IMG/VR virus record: IMGVR_UViG_3300045594_000116 | Coordinates: 128,001-192,000 of that record | Direction: 5' to 3' (one strand) | Source: a virus | Lineage: Duplodnaviria; Caudoviricetes | Length of the DNA: 64,000 nucleotides | Translations under genes and position numbers: made by a program | Notes under the pieces: generated by a model | The model's input: only the letters and a program-made list of their open reading frames with translations | Told to the model about the DNA's origin: nothing | The model's database searches: none | Shown: one piece after another, positions 10,226 to 20,050 of the stretch | How the letters are laid out: each line of letters begins with the position of its first letter | Position numbering within the stretch: the stretch's first letter is position 1

Positions 10226-11287
10226 ATGGAACTGCAAGAACAACTGCGTTCATTCTTATTAGAAAAACTATCCGATGCTATACCAGCATCTGGTGGTAAA
10301 GAGGTTGTAGTGCGTTGTCGATTCTGTGGCGATAGCCAATCAGATAGAAATGCACGACATCTCTATATTTCATTAGGATCTAAAGAAAAACCTCCTATGT
10401 ATAACTGTTTCAAATGTGGAGAGCACGGAATTCTTACAAAATCTGTGTTAGAAACGCTAGTAGATACGGTTGATGATGGAGAGTTAGTTGGTAATCTTAA
10501 TACAGCATTGAGTAAGTATTATAAGATGCATAAAACACATGGAAAGAATACTGTATTCAATATAAGAATAGATTACAATAACACAGACGCATTAGACGAT
10601 GCTAAGCTACTGTATATTAACAAGAGACTTGGCTTGAATCTGACATATAGTGATTTGGTAATGAATAAGATAGTGCTGAATCTTAGAAACTTGATTATAG
10701 ATAATCACATTACTGAACTCACTAGAGATGAAAGAAGCGTTATGGAATTGGCTGAAAGCTTCTTAGGATTTCTGTCTATGAATAATGGATATGTAACGAT
10801 GAAGAACCTTAGACCCGGTAAGGTGTCTAAGTACGTTGATCATAAATACGTCGATTACGCTTTGTTCGATTCAGAGAGTAATAGCCGTAGATTCTATAGC
10901 ATTCCAACTACGGTTAATTTGTTGGACCCAACTCCTATTAAAGTTCATATTGCAGAAGGATGTTTTGATATACTTGGAATATTCTATCATGTATGTAATG
11001 GGAATAGGTATCAGAATCTGTATATAAACTGTGGGGATAAAGCATATAACAATGTAGTGAAGATGCTATTGAAAGAGTATGGACTGATCAATTGCGAGTT
11101 CTATCTATATCCAGATAACGATGTGCAAACTAAAGATATTTATATCAATACTTTTGGTAGACCATTGCACATAATCAGAAATAGATATCCTGAAGAAAAA
11201 GATTTCGGAGTACCCGAATCACGCATTAAACCGATGCCTGAGGCAAGTTATACCGGAAACCGGTTCAATCGCACAAATCGCTATTAA
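10226..11287 (+). CDS. DNA primase (Zn finger + TOPRIM)
   Basis: CRFCGDS...HLY...YNCFKCG Zn-binding domain; IAEGCFD and YPDND TOPRIM motifs. Confidence 0.88.
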   Translation: MELQEQLRSFLLEKLSDAIPASGGKEVVVRCRFCGDSQSDRNARHLYISLGSKEKPPMYNCFKCGEHGILTKSVLETLVDTVDDGELVGNLNTALSKYYKMHKTHGKNTVFNIRIDYNNTDALDDAKLLYINKRLGLNLTYSDLVMNKIVLNLRNLIIDNHITELTRDERSVMELAESFLGFLSMNNGYVTMKNLRPGKVSKYVDHKYVDYALFDSESNSRRFYSIPTTVNLLDPTPIKVHIAEGCFDILGIFYHVCNGNRYQNLYINCGDKAYNNVVKMLLKEYGLINCEFYLYPDNDVQTKDIYINTFGRPLHIIRNRYPEEKDFGVPESRIKPMPEASYTGNRFNRTNRY

Positions 11288-11340
11288 TGACGTTTCTAAT
11301 CCCATTGGTTCAGCACCAATGGGATTTTATTTTTTGTGGA

Positions 11341-11352
11341 AACATCGAAGTA
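11341..11352 (+). promoter_or_regulatory. late-type promoter AACA-N6-TA
   Basis: aacatcgaagta. Confidence 0.6.
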
Positions 11353-11366
11353 AAGAGGTGAAAACG

Positions 11367-12611
11367 ATGGGTAGATTTATAAATACCACTTATAATAATA
11401 CAGTAAATTCACTAGTGACTGCAGCTAATGAAAAACTGCAGAATCCATTTACTACCTTCCCTGATGGGAAAGGACCTACAGAGGTAACGTTCTTTAATAT
11501 CAATAAAGATAAGAGTACCTTTGATAAAGCTACAGGAGATACGTACGAAGAGTACGGACCAGATTCTTCCTTATTCTATGATAAGATTGAGAAAGTTTTC
11601 TTATTCGGTCTTGCACATATCGAAATTGATATAGAGCAGGGTGAATTTGGTTCTGAATCTAATAAGGTTCAGGGAGAGTGCTATCTCCCGCCTAATACAT
11701 TCAAACCGTACCAGTCTAGTTATTTTTTGATCAATTATCTCAAAGGTAAGAGAATTCTCTTCCGTGTAGTCAATGTGAATAGAGATACACTGGACAACGG
11801 TGGCAACTTCTATAAGATTGATTACGAGGCTGATCTGGTTGGTGAAGCAGCCATAGCCCAAATTGAAAGATCTGTAGTTCGTAAATTTACGATGCTTGCC
11901 AACTTCATTGGTACTGAAACCAGATGTGTTATTCAGAATGATGAATACCAAACAATAGTTAAGATTCAGAATGCATGTGACGAACTTCGTAACTACTATC
12001 ATGATATGTTCTTCAAGCCAAAGGTTCAAACCTTTGTCTATAAGTATTCTGATAGAGATAAAGGGATTTATTTCTATGATCCGTTCATGATAGAATTCCT
12101 TACGAAGAATGGGATACTGTATGGATCTAATAAGTTTGAGTATATATCTCAGGCATGTGTATTGCCACAATCATTTACAATAGATTATAATAGATCTGTA
12201 TTTAGAATGATTGAGACTCAGAATGCTAATCAAGAGATCTATCGGGTTTATGCTACAAGAATATATGATCCGATGAGTTTAATGACTGTGCGACTTGAAG
12301 ACTACTATTCGATCTCTATACGTGATGAATCTGGAGAGCGTATTAGCGGTGTATTAGCAGATCCAATTGATTGCTTTGATACCGTATTTATAGATGCTTT
12401 ACAGGGTAATAAGATATTCGATGAAAATGATTTCAGATACTATATGAATATCACTCTTGATTCTTTCTATAATAGAGATATCACAGAACATCAAGTTGAT
12501 TCTATCTATAAGATAAACTTTGTTCCTTGCAAAGAGCTGTTCTACATGATACCTCTAACGATATTTTCCCTTGAAAGGTACGTTTACAGACGGCTTAAAA
12601 CTACGTCGTAA
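11367..12611 (+). CDS. putative virion structural protein
   Basis: Start MGRFIN after gaggtg RBS; late promoter. Confidence 0.55.
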   Translation: MGRFINTTYNNTVNSLVTAANEKLQNPFTTFPDGKGPTEVTFFNINKDKSTFDKATGDTYEEYGPDSSLFYDKIEKVFLFGLAHIEIDIEQGEFGSESNKVQGECYLPPNTFKPYQSSYFLINYLKGKRILFRVVNVNRDTLDNGGNFYKIDYEADLVGEAAIAQIERSVVRKFTMLANFIGTETRCVIQNDEYQTIVKIQNACDELRNYYHDMFFKPKVQTFVYKYSDRDKGIYFYDPFMIEFLTKNGILYGSNKFEYISQACVLPQSFTIDYNRSVFRMIETQNANQEIYRVYATRIYDPMSLMTVRLEDYYSISIRDESGERISGVLADPIDCFDTVFIDALQGNKIFDENDFRYYMNITLDSFYNRDITEHQVDSIYKINFVPCKELFYMIPLTIFSLERYVYRRLKTTS

Positions 12612-12645
12612 ACATAAGAGTAAATTGCAAGGAAGGAGATATATC

Positions 12646-12978
12646 ATGACTAAACAGGTTGATGAATTTCTTTTGCGTGAAATGGAAAGTGAAGATGTAG
12701 CAGACACGATCCATTCATGTGTTGATGGTACTGATGAAATCATAGAAGCTATGATGGAAACAGAGAGCAAAAAAGAAGTTTCTGATAGGGTTTTCCCGGT
12801 AGCGGAAAAATACCAAGAGACTATAGATCCAGAAACTCTTCGTATAGCCGAGTCCTTATCCAAAGATGAGTATAGCTGCGAATGCGGTGAACTCGTTGGA
12901 GAGAAGAACGAAGGTTGTACATGTAAGAGTTGTGGCAAAAAAGTAACAAAGGGAGGAAAGAAACATGCATCCAATTGA
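12646..12978 (+). CDS. small Zn-ribbon protein resembling the RNAP beta-prime N-terminal Zn finger
   Basis: YSCECGELVGEKNEGCTCKSCGKKVT; RBS aaggag; late promoter at 12611-12622. Confidence 0.55.
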   Translation: MTKQVDEFLLREMESEDVADTIHSCVDGTDEIIEAMMETESKKEVSDRVFPVAEKYQETIDPETLRIAESLSKDEYSCECGELVGEKNEGCTCKSCGKKVTKGGKKHASN

Positions 12979-13237
12979 TGAAGAGCTTATTGGAATCGGC
13001 GGAAGCGATATTATCGCTGAAGAAGCTTCTGGAGAGGCTGAAGACGTTGATCACATCATCGATGACGAGGAAGAAGAAGAGCAGGAAGCTGAGGATGAAC
13101 TCCTCGGCGATAGCGCACGCGATGATGAAGTTGATATTGTTGTAAACTCTGACCTCGAAGAGCATCCTGAAGAGGATAACGATGATGACGAGGCCAAAGA
13201 GATTACTATAAAAATTAAATTTGGAGGTAAAGACTAA
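12965..13237 (+). CDS. highly acidic small protein (possible prohead core or scaffold component)
   Basis: Very D/E-rich; ggagg RBS; close to the prohead protease. Confidence 0.6.
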   Translation: MHPIDEELIGIGGSDIIAEEASGEAEDVDHIIDDEEEEEQEAEDELLGDSARDDEVDIVVNSDLEEHPEEDNDDDEAKEITIKIKFGGKD

Positions 13238-13719
13238 TGGAAATCACGACAAAGAAAGTTAATATGTATGCAGCCAGCCCGACGACTGTCGGATTTGGTA
13301 TTCCTAGAGTTGGAAATCTGAGAGGCATTACTATGACGGTAGCTGACATTCGTCAGGCTCTGCGTAGTCATGCGCATATCGAAGAGATCATGGACGATGG
13401 CCGTCTGGTTCCGCTCGATTTCTCGAACTTTGACAAAGACAATTCTGTTGCCAGCGAACTGACGCAGGCAGCTCCGGTTGTAAGCATTGTTACTCCGCTT
13501 GGTGAGCAGACTCCGATCGATGTCGCTAAGAAAGCAGAAGCTGCTAAAGCTGCTGCAGAGGCTGCAAAACCTGAGACGACTGTAGAGGTTCATGAGCCGC
13601 CGGCTTGTGATCCGTTTGCCGATGTAGCTGCTGATGCTAAGAAAGCAGAAGCAACTGTTACAAAGGTAGAGGAAGAGAAGAAAGCTGACGACAAGACGGC
13701 TGATTCGAAGAAAAAATAA
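13237..13719 (+). CDS. hypothetical protein with an Ala/Lys/Glu-rich tail
   Basis: ggagg RBS; TAATG coupling to the upstream gene; terminator follows. Confidence 0.75.
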   Translation: MEITTKKVNMYAASPTTVGFGIPRVGNLRGITMTVADIRQALRSHAHIEEIMDDGRLVPLDFSNFDKDNSVASELTQAAPVVSIVTPLGEQTPIDVAKKAEAAKAAAEAAKPETTVEVHEPPACDPFADVAADAKKAEATVTKVEEEKKADDKTADSKKK

Positions 13720-13770
13720 AAAATAAGAGACTGGGTAAGGCCATTTGCCTTACCCGGTTTCTTGTGTCTC

Positions 13771-13830
13771 TTAACAAAGTATGATATCACCCATGTGATC
13801 ACCATCTTTGCATAGATAAAAACTGAGCAT
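13771..13830 (-). CDS. possible 19-aa peptide MLSFYLCKDGDHMGDIILC
   Basis: GGAGGAG RBS; lies between early promoter 13914-13923(-) and hairpin 13731-13757. Confidence 0.3.
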   Translation of the reverse strand: MLSFYLCKDGDHMGDIILC

Positions 13831-13992
13831 CTAACTCCTCCCAGGATACCTTTTCTATCAGGCAGTATAAAACTACCTATCACATCATCTTGATGCTCAC
13901 CTCTTACCATTATTATAATATATAATTCTAAATACGCCAATTTACAATGCTTTACTGAAACATACGAGTAAATGGTAAAGGAGGTAATATGA

Positions 13993-14841
13993 GTGAATCC
14001 GTTAGCTTATATAATTTGTGAATCTACAGCTCAGGATGTAGAATTCAATATTGTAAATCAAAATAGAAACTTTGTAATTGCTGAGGGTATTCTCCAGGAA
14101 GCCGAAGGCGAAAATCGTAATCATCGCTGCTATGCTAGGGAAGATCTCTTCAAAGAGATTACCTCTCCGAGACAGCAGGAATTGGTTCAGAGCGGAAACT
14201 TCAAAGGAGAAGCAGGCCATCCAATGGATGTGAATCTTGCTCGTCAGCAGACTATTGATCCTACCCTTGTTCAGGTTTGGTATACTAAACTTTGGATGGA
14301 CGGCAACTTGGTTAAAGCCCATTTCAGAGGTACGAACAATGAACTTGGTCGTGGATTCAATGCAGACCTTCTGGATGGTCAGAAACCATCATTCTCTCTT
14401 CGCGCTCTTGGCAGAATTGAGAATCAGAAGGGTAAAGCGTATGTAAAAGGGCTTAAGATCGTTACATATGATCGTGTATACTATCCGTCTCATTCAAAAG
14501 CATACACTAGTAAGATCATCAGTGATGATGCTGAAAAGGTAATGGCGAATAGTGCTAAGTTTAGCACTCCTATTAGTGTCAAAGAAGCCGGCAATAATAT
14601 GGTGATGACAGAGAGTGGTATTCTTTCGCCAATTTGCTCTGAATCTGTTCGTAACTATCTTATCTCTGAATCTGCAAACATCGATTTCATTCGTAAGAAT
14701 TTTGATACCTTCTATGAGAGCATCAAACTTACGGAAGATGGAAACAGTGTTGCTTTGACGACTAAAGACTATGATACGATTCTTGTTCCGGTAGAGCGTC
14801 ATATCTCTAACGAAATTATGGAATTTTGCTCGAAATTATAA
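13993..14841 (+). CDS. prohead core protease (T4 gp21 family)
   Basis: NRNHRCY, GEAGHP, PSFSLRALG, TYDRVYYPS motifs; late promoter at 13959-13970. Confidence 0.88.
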   Translation: MNPLAYIICESTAQDVEFNIVNQNRNFVIAEGILQEAEGENRNHRCYAREDLFKEITSPRQQELVQSGNFKGEAGHPMDVNLARQQTIDPTLVQVWYTKLWMDGNLVKAHFRGTNNELGRGFNADLLDGQKPSFSLRALGRIENQKGKAYVKGLKIVTYDRVYYPSHSKAYTSKIISDDAEKVMANSAKFSTPISVKEAGNNMVMTESGILSPICSESVRNYLISESANIDFIRKNFDTFYESIKLTEDGNSVALTTKDYDTILVPVERHISNEIMEFCSKL

Positions 14842-14880
14842 AAAATAAACCCCAGCCACATAAAGGCTGGGGATATTTTT

Positions 14881-15684
14881 TTAGCTCATAGCTATTAAGT
14901 CATATGGTGTTCGTGTGTATCGTCTATTTATTTCATGAACAGTACATCTGACATCTACTGCATTAGTTCTAGGGAAGAAATACCCTTTACAACTAACCTG
15001 ATAGTAATCTTCTATCGTATCGATGATAGGAGTTAACTGATTAGGATCTATAACGGCATTTCCTCTCTTAACAACCCAGTGTTCTGGCGGTGTTGTATAA
15101 CCATCCTTCTGGGTGCTAAGAAGTACAGTTGTATAGTCCCTGAATAAGCGATCATCATTTATCTGAGCTATATACTTATTCATGATCTTTGATACTAAAA
15201 CTGCAGGGGTCATCGAAATATATCCAGTGTTCCCATCTTTTTGAAGCAGCTCGTATTTACCCTTCAAAATATCAATGTTGAGAGGTCCAAGACATCTCTG
15301 AAGATAATTAGCATGATCGATTATCCACTTGATAGCATTCTTATTATTAGAATCCTCTATCCAGTTATGATATGCTATATCATTGTGATATCTTATCATA
15401 TTGATATCCTGATCAAGATGAGATTTCTCATGCGCTACTATATACAGTATGCTAGTAATCATATCTTTATCTTCTTGATATTGACACTCTTCAACACAGT
15501 AATTGTATAGACGCGGTATATGGAATATAATGCTTCCTGTACTAGACGATGACCAGGCCATCGTACCTTTAGTTGGTGTACATTGAAATTTGACCTTATT
15601 ACATTTCACCATTGGGTTCAATGCACCTTCTATCAAATTAGAAATATACATGATTGTTCTAACGATCTTTTCTTCTGTTATCAT
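14881..15684 (-). CDS. hypothetical protein with an HExxH motif (possible zincin metallopeptidase)
   Basis: AHEKSH; start MITEE after aaggagg; early promoter 15708-15717(-). Confidence 0.55.
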   Translation of the reverse strand: MITEEKIVRTIMYISNLIEGALNPMVKCNKVKFQCTPTKGTMAWSSSSTGSIIFHIPRLYNYCVEECQYQEDKDMITSILYIVAHEKSHLDQDINMIRYHNDIAYHNWIEDSNNKNAIKWIIDHANYLQRCLGPLNIDILKGKYELLQKDGNTGYISMTPAVLVSKIMNKYIAQINDDRLFRDYTTVLLSTQKDGYTTPPEHWVVKRGNAVIDPNQLTPIIDTIEDYYQVSCKGYFFPRTNAVDVRCTVHEINRRYTRTPYDLIAMS

Positions 15685-15763
15685 ATTATTGATTCCTCCT
15701 TCATCTATATAATATATGGCCAGACTGATTTTTACATTTAGGTAATAAAGGAGTTGATTAGAA

Positions 15764-16528
15764 ATGTCAATGAATAGAATGACTTCTCTTCTTAACAAGA
15801 TAGAGCGTCGACTTGGTACAAAGCCTCTGGGCTTGCCAGATCATTTGACTAAACCTGTATGGGCAACAGATATCATAGCCAACGATACATTAGATACATT
15901 CAGTAGATACTTTCCTCATGCAATACCATACGTCTTAACACCAGAAAGACGTAAAGGAGAATGCTGGCTTATAGATGAGAACTTATGTGATTCTATAGTT
16001 ATCCTTGGATGTGGAGATATTGACTGGCATGCATTCAGCACGAACAATCCTTCATCTGTAACGTGTGGCGGTATGTATACGCCATTGGATATGCTTACAT
16101 CTGACTATGATGTAGAAGATGTAATGATGCAGCAGATGCTTGCCGATCATACATCTATATTCAAAACCAGCATCTATCCTGAGTTCTTTGAACCGAATAT
16201 GATTAAGATGCATAGTATCGTTTCTAATAACAATCTTAACGTTCTTCAGAACATCCCAATCAGATTGTTTGTAAAGCATAGTGAAAATCTTATGACTATC
16301 CCTGCAATGAAGATGGAACTGTTTGAAGGATTGGCTACCGCAGATGTAGCAGGATTCTTGTATGAGAATCTTAAGAATTATACTATTGATACCGTGTATG
16401 CTAATATCGATATCAAAGTAGATGAGCTTAAGGATAAAGCTTCTGAACGTGAGAAATACGTAGATGAACTTAAAGAAAGCTTCGTATCCTTCAGCAATCA
16501 CTATCAGCCAATGGTAATAGCAATGTAA
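15764..16528 (+). CDS. putative virion (neck-like) protein
   Basis: RBS aaggag; TACA-N6-TA late-type site; role inferred from context. Confidence 0.45.
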   Translation: MSMNRMTSLLNKIERRLGTKPLGLPDHLTKPVWATDIIANDTLDTFSRYFPHAIPYVLTPERRKGECWLIDENLCDSIVILGCGDIDWHAFSTNNPSSVTCGGMYTPLDMLTSDYDVEDVMMQQMLADHTSIFKTSIYPEFFEPNMIKMHSIVSNNNLNVLQNIPIRLFVKHSENLMTIPAMKMELFEGLATADVAGFLYENLKNYTIDTVYANIDIKVDELKDKASEREKYVDELKESFVSFSNHYQPMVIAM

Positions 16529-16570
16529 TAGAAAAAAATAAAAGGGAAGGCACTACGCCTTCCCTGATAT

Positions 16571-17170
16571 TTATAATTTCATTGCTTTGACCACATCAGA
16601 GATCCTCCGCTTACCAATGGTAGTTATATTGATAACATCAGTTCCAATATAACCAGCCTCTGTATAGGCATTGAGTCTCTCTTGGTAGATCTCATTTTCC
16701 TTGAACTTATACGGATCTACTTCTTCCCCACGTTCAGCTTTCTCTTTCCTTCTCTTAGCGATAAAGGAATTCACAGTATCCATATCAGGATGTAGCCAGA
16801 TGACTCGGCTCGGATCTACTTGAGCATTCAGCTTAGTGCTCATTTTGATGCATAGATCCCTGAAGAACTTCAATTGCTCTTCCGTAATATATCCACAACT
16901 CTCCAGTGCAGCGGCTTGAGCCAGCGTATCCATTTGAGACCTGATAAAGATAATCTTCTTATCAGGATTGCATTTGGCTATCTGATTAGCCCTGACCATA
17001 TGAGCTACGTTCTTATCAAGAGATACAAGCAGCGAAACGAACTTATCTTTGACCTTACCACATTTGAGTCCATCAGCTGGAATACATTCACGCTCTTCCA
17101 CTAAATACTTCTTGAGCGTGCTCTTCCCAGCTCCGTGAATACCACTAATGATCCATACATTTTTCTCCAT
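16571..17170 (-). CDS. P-loop nucleoside/nucleotide kinase-like protein
   Basis: N-terminal Walker A GIHGAGKST; layout like dNK/TMK family. Confidence 0.65.
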   Translation of the reverse strand: MEKNVWIISGIHGAGKSTLKKYLVEERECIPADGLKCGKVKDKFVSLLVSLDKNVAHMVRANQIAKCNPDKKIIFIRSQMDTLAQAAALESCGYITEEQLKFFRDLCIKMSTKLNAQVDPSRVIWLHPDMDTVNSFIAKRRKEKAERGEEVDPYKFKENEIYQERLNAYTEAGYIGTDVINITTIGKRRISDVVKAMKL

Positions 17171-17187
17171 TTATAAATCCCCTTTGT

Positions 17188-17955
17188 TTAGTCTTCAAAG
17201 AATGAACGCTTCCCTGACTTCATAAACGTTCTTCCCTTCTTAGCAGTCATGTTATCCTCTACATTCTGCTTGGACGTCATGTCATACATATTCGTCCCAA
17301 ATGCTGGTCTACCGATATATGTACTAGCATTCTGTGAGTACAAGAACATATTCGCATTATTTAAACACTCTATCAAGCCAGACCACTTCTTCATATTCAT
17401 CAGTACATAGAGATTAGGATTTCCTAATGTAACTCGTACTGCAGCTGATGTACTTCCATTGAAATTCTCAACCACATCAGGAGTGAATACTAAATACTTA
17501 TTCAATGCCAATCCAGTTATCTCTAATGGCTCTTGAACTTTACGCACATGAACATTTCCTTTGCTGACCACGTATATCTCTTTGAAGTGATCAACTATAT
17601 GAAGTTCCATATCTTCAACGGCTTTTCTCAGCATTCGTATATCCTCATTACGTATCATAACGAATCCCTTTTCTCCGTTGACAGGATGAGATTGCTCGAA
17701 ACTGATGTATGAATCGAACTTTCTCTTTATATTGACCAACTTAGAATTGGTAGATTCATTATAATACTGAACTTCCGAATGATAATACGATCTACCAAAT
17801 TTCTCAGACTCACTATAGAGTCTCATATTGAATAGAAGGTTGGCATTCTTCCCCAGGTTCATCATCACATCTGAGATCTTATTATAGTTCTCGAATGTTA
17901 ATTCTTGCAATTTCACACCTCCTTTACAAAATAAAAAGAGGGGATGATTTTTCAC
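17188..17955 (-). CDS. hypothetical protein
   Basis: Long ORF; true start probably ~17910 after ggaggtg. Confidence 0.7.
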   Translation of the reverse strand: MKNHPLFLFCKGGVKLQELTFENYNKISDVMMNLGKNANLLFNMRLYSESEKFGRSYYHSEVQYYNESTNSKLVNIKRKFDSYISFEQSHPVNGEKGFVMIRNEDIRMLRKAVEDMELHIVDHFKEIYVVSKGNVHVRKVQEPLEITGLALNKYLVFTPDVVENFNGSTSAAVRVTLGNPNLYVLMNMKKWSGLIECLNNANMFLYSQNASTYIGRPAFGTNMYDMTSKQNVEDNMTAKKGRTFMKSGKRSFFED

Positions 17956-17981
17956 CCCCTCCTTCTACCTTTGATCGATGA

Positions 17982-19250
17982 TTATGCTACCTTTTTGCTA
18001 GCCGCCTTCTCAGCTTTCTTCTTGGATTCAGCAAGGAACTTTTCCAGCTCCTCATTGTTTACATCCTTGCGGAAGAACTGAGACCAGCTCTTGTCTCCAG
18101 TGATTGCAATGCCCCAACGAACATCGCCATAGCCGAAGAGTAATAAATTAGGATTACTGTTCGGTCCAAGATCGAGCTTATGCTCGAACTTTTCCTTATG
18201 GCCTTTCAACACAAACTCCAACTCACGCTGAATAGCCTTGAAGATCTTCGTCTTCACTGCCATGTCTACTCCGTTTAGTACCGTATCAAGAGACTCCTTG
18301 GTAATGTACTGATAAATGAACTTCGGATCGACGATTATCATCGCCGTCTTTTCGTTCTTTACGAACTTAGGCATGACGATCTTGACAAGTTCAAAGACCA
18401 TCGCCTCAAGCTTCTTCTCGTCTTCAAGCTCATTGGCTTTTTTGATGCCGGCTTTCTTGAAAGCCTTGCTGAGATTCTTGATATCGGCAAAGGCATTTTT
18501 GACCTCCGGCTTCTTGCCAATTTCTTCCATCTCCTTCACCGTTACCCCAAGCATTTTGGCAATCTTATCGGAAATTGCAGGATCGCTGTCCAGCTTGGTC
18601 ATTGCTGCTTCTACGGCTTTGAGATCGATACTATCAGCATCTTTCATACCGGCTTTGTCATCGGCCTTTGATTTTTCATCGAAGATAAGATGCATGACGT
18701 CCAACTTTGTTGGAGCGCCACCGTGAACCTGCTGGAATCCAGCCTTATCATCTTTATGAGAGACGATAACCTCCCTGGACGTTTCAATACCCTCTTTCCA
18801 GAGATTGAATTCGTCCATGGTTTTAAATTCCTTGACTCCGGATGGGAGGTTCACAGTAACCTTTCCAGTCTTTTTGTCAAGATGGCATTTAACCTTCTCC
18901 GTCTTTTTAGACGGTTCAGGCTCTTCCTTCTTTTCGATGTCTACCATCGTCGGAAGGAACTGCTTAAGTGATTTCTCAAACAGTTTCAATGCCGGGTTAT
19001 TCTTTGAGGAAATAATGTCATCTTCATCAAAGATTTTAGATTCCGATCCAAGCTGAACCTGCTCGAACCCCTCGATTCCTTTCCATACATGGATAGGAAC
19101 CACCCAGCCATTACACATGGCTTTAATAGCATCCTTGCTAAAATACCATCCTGCTTTTGCATACTCTGTGAAGGAACCGCCATCGATTCCTTTTACTGCT
19201 TCCAGATATGCTGCGATCTCTTTTTCGTTTTTCTTTACCATTGTTGACAT
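17982..19250 (-). CDS. Lys-rich hypothetical early protein
   Basis: Start MSTMVKK after ggagg; early promoter 19306-19315(-). Confidence 0.75.
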   Translation of the reverse strand: MSTMVKKNEKEIAAYLEAVKGIDGGSFTEYAKAGWYFSKDAIKAMCNGWVVPIHVWKGIEGFEQVQLGSESKIFDEDDIISSKNNPALKLFEKSLKQFLPTMVDIEKKEEPEPSKKTEKVKCHLDKKTGKVTVNLPSGVKEFKTMDEFNLWKEGIETSREVIVSHKDDKAGFQQVHGGAPTKLDVMHLIFDEKSKADDKAGMKDADSIDLKAVEAAMTKLDSDPAISDKIAKMLGVTVKEMEEIGKKPEVKNAFADIKNLSKAFKKAGIKKANELEDEKKLEAMVFELVKIVMPKFVKNEKTAMIIVDPKFIYQYITKESLDTVLNGVDMAVKTKIFKAIQRELEFVLKGHKEKFEHKLDLGPNSNPNLLLFGYGDVRWGIAITGDKSWSQFFRKDVNNEELEKFLAESKKKAEKAASKKVA

Positions 19251-19345
19251 AATTAACCTCCTATAAATATACAGTTTACTTATACTATTGATCATCGATC
19301 ACTGTTATAATATATCATTGAAATTAATTACTCTTACAAATTATC

Positions 19346-19606
19346 TTATGCATCTACAAGAGCGAATTCTACACTTACTTTACTAAGTTTAACAGAAACG
19401 TAAATCTTAGTTTGACGCAGTTCAGTAATCAAAGTAAGGGGTGTATTTTCCCTCATATAGATGGCAGCCTCATTATCGATATTCTCATCTTTGATCAGAA
19501 GTTCATTAGCAAGTTTAATTACTTTATTAGCTCTGATTAATCTCCATGCATTTCTGGTATTAAGCTGTCTCATAAGCTCAGCTAGTAGATCGAACTTTTC
19601 TTTCAT
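19346..19606 (-). CDS. hypothetical protein
   Basis: ORF with a ggggaa RBS-like site. Confidence 0.5.
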   Translation of the reverse strand: MKEKFDLLAELMRQLNTRNAWRLIRANKVIKLANELLIKDENIDNEAAIYMRENTPLTLITELRQTKIYVSVKLSKVSVEFALVDA

Positions 19607-19684
19607 TTCTATTCCCCCTGGATATAGACAATAAGTACCCCATATCCAATTAAGGATATGGGGTATTATCTTGCTTTGTGTGGA

Positions 19685-19954
19685 TTAAAGGTACTTCTTA
19701 ATGATCAGTACATAAGCCGGGTCCATGTACTCAGATTTGATCATTTTCTTCAGGAACTTCTTACCATTCGTAAGCTCAGCGATATGCTTTGCTTTCATGG
19801 AAACAAGTCCATTTACATTCGGACGAACAACAAGCTTCAGAAGAGTATCCTGAGCTTTTGCAAGAGCAAGATGCTCTTCGACCCGTACACGGTTAGCAGC
19901 GCTCTCTGCCAAGTATTCATCGAGTGCTTTCAGAAAATCTGCTTTCTTAGCCAT
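19685..19954 (-). CDS. hypothetical protein
   Basis: ggagg RBS, biased codons, downstream hairpin. Confidence 0.75.
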   Translation of the reverse strand: MAKKADFLKALDEYLAESAANRVRVEEHLALAKAQDTLLKLVVRPNVNGLVSMKAKHIAELTNGKKFLKKMIKSEYMDPAYVLIIKKYL

Positions 19955-20050
19955 TTTCTTTCCTCCATTTAAAATCAGGATATGATTTCATATCCCTTAA
20001 TTTAGTAAGGGGTTATCCCCTAATTACTCTTAAGTTATAAGTTTTGTAAA

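Noticed and set aside
13590-13940. 116-aa minus-strand ORF
   Set aside because: It starts upstream of its presumed promoter, runs through a terminator and overlaps the 13237-13719 gene antisense.
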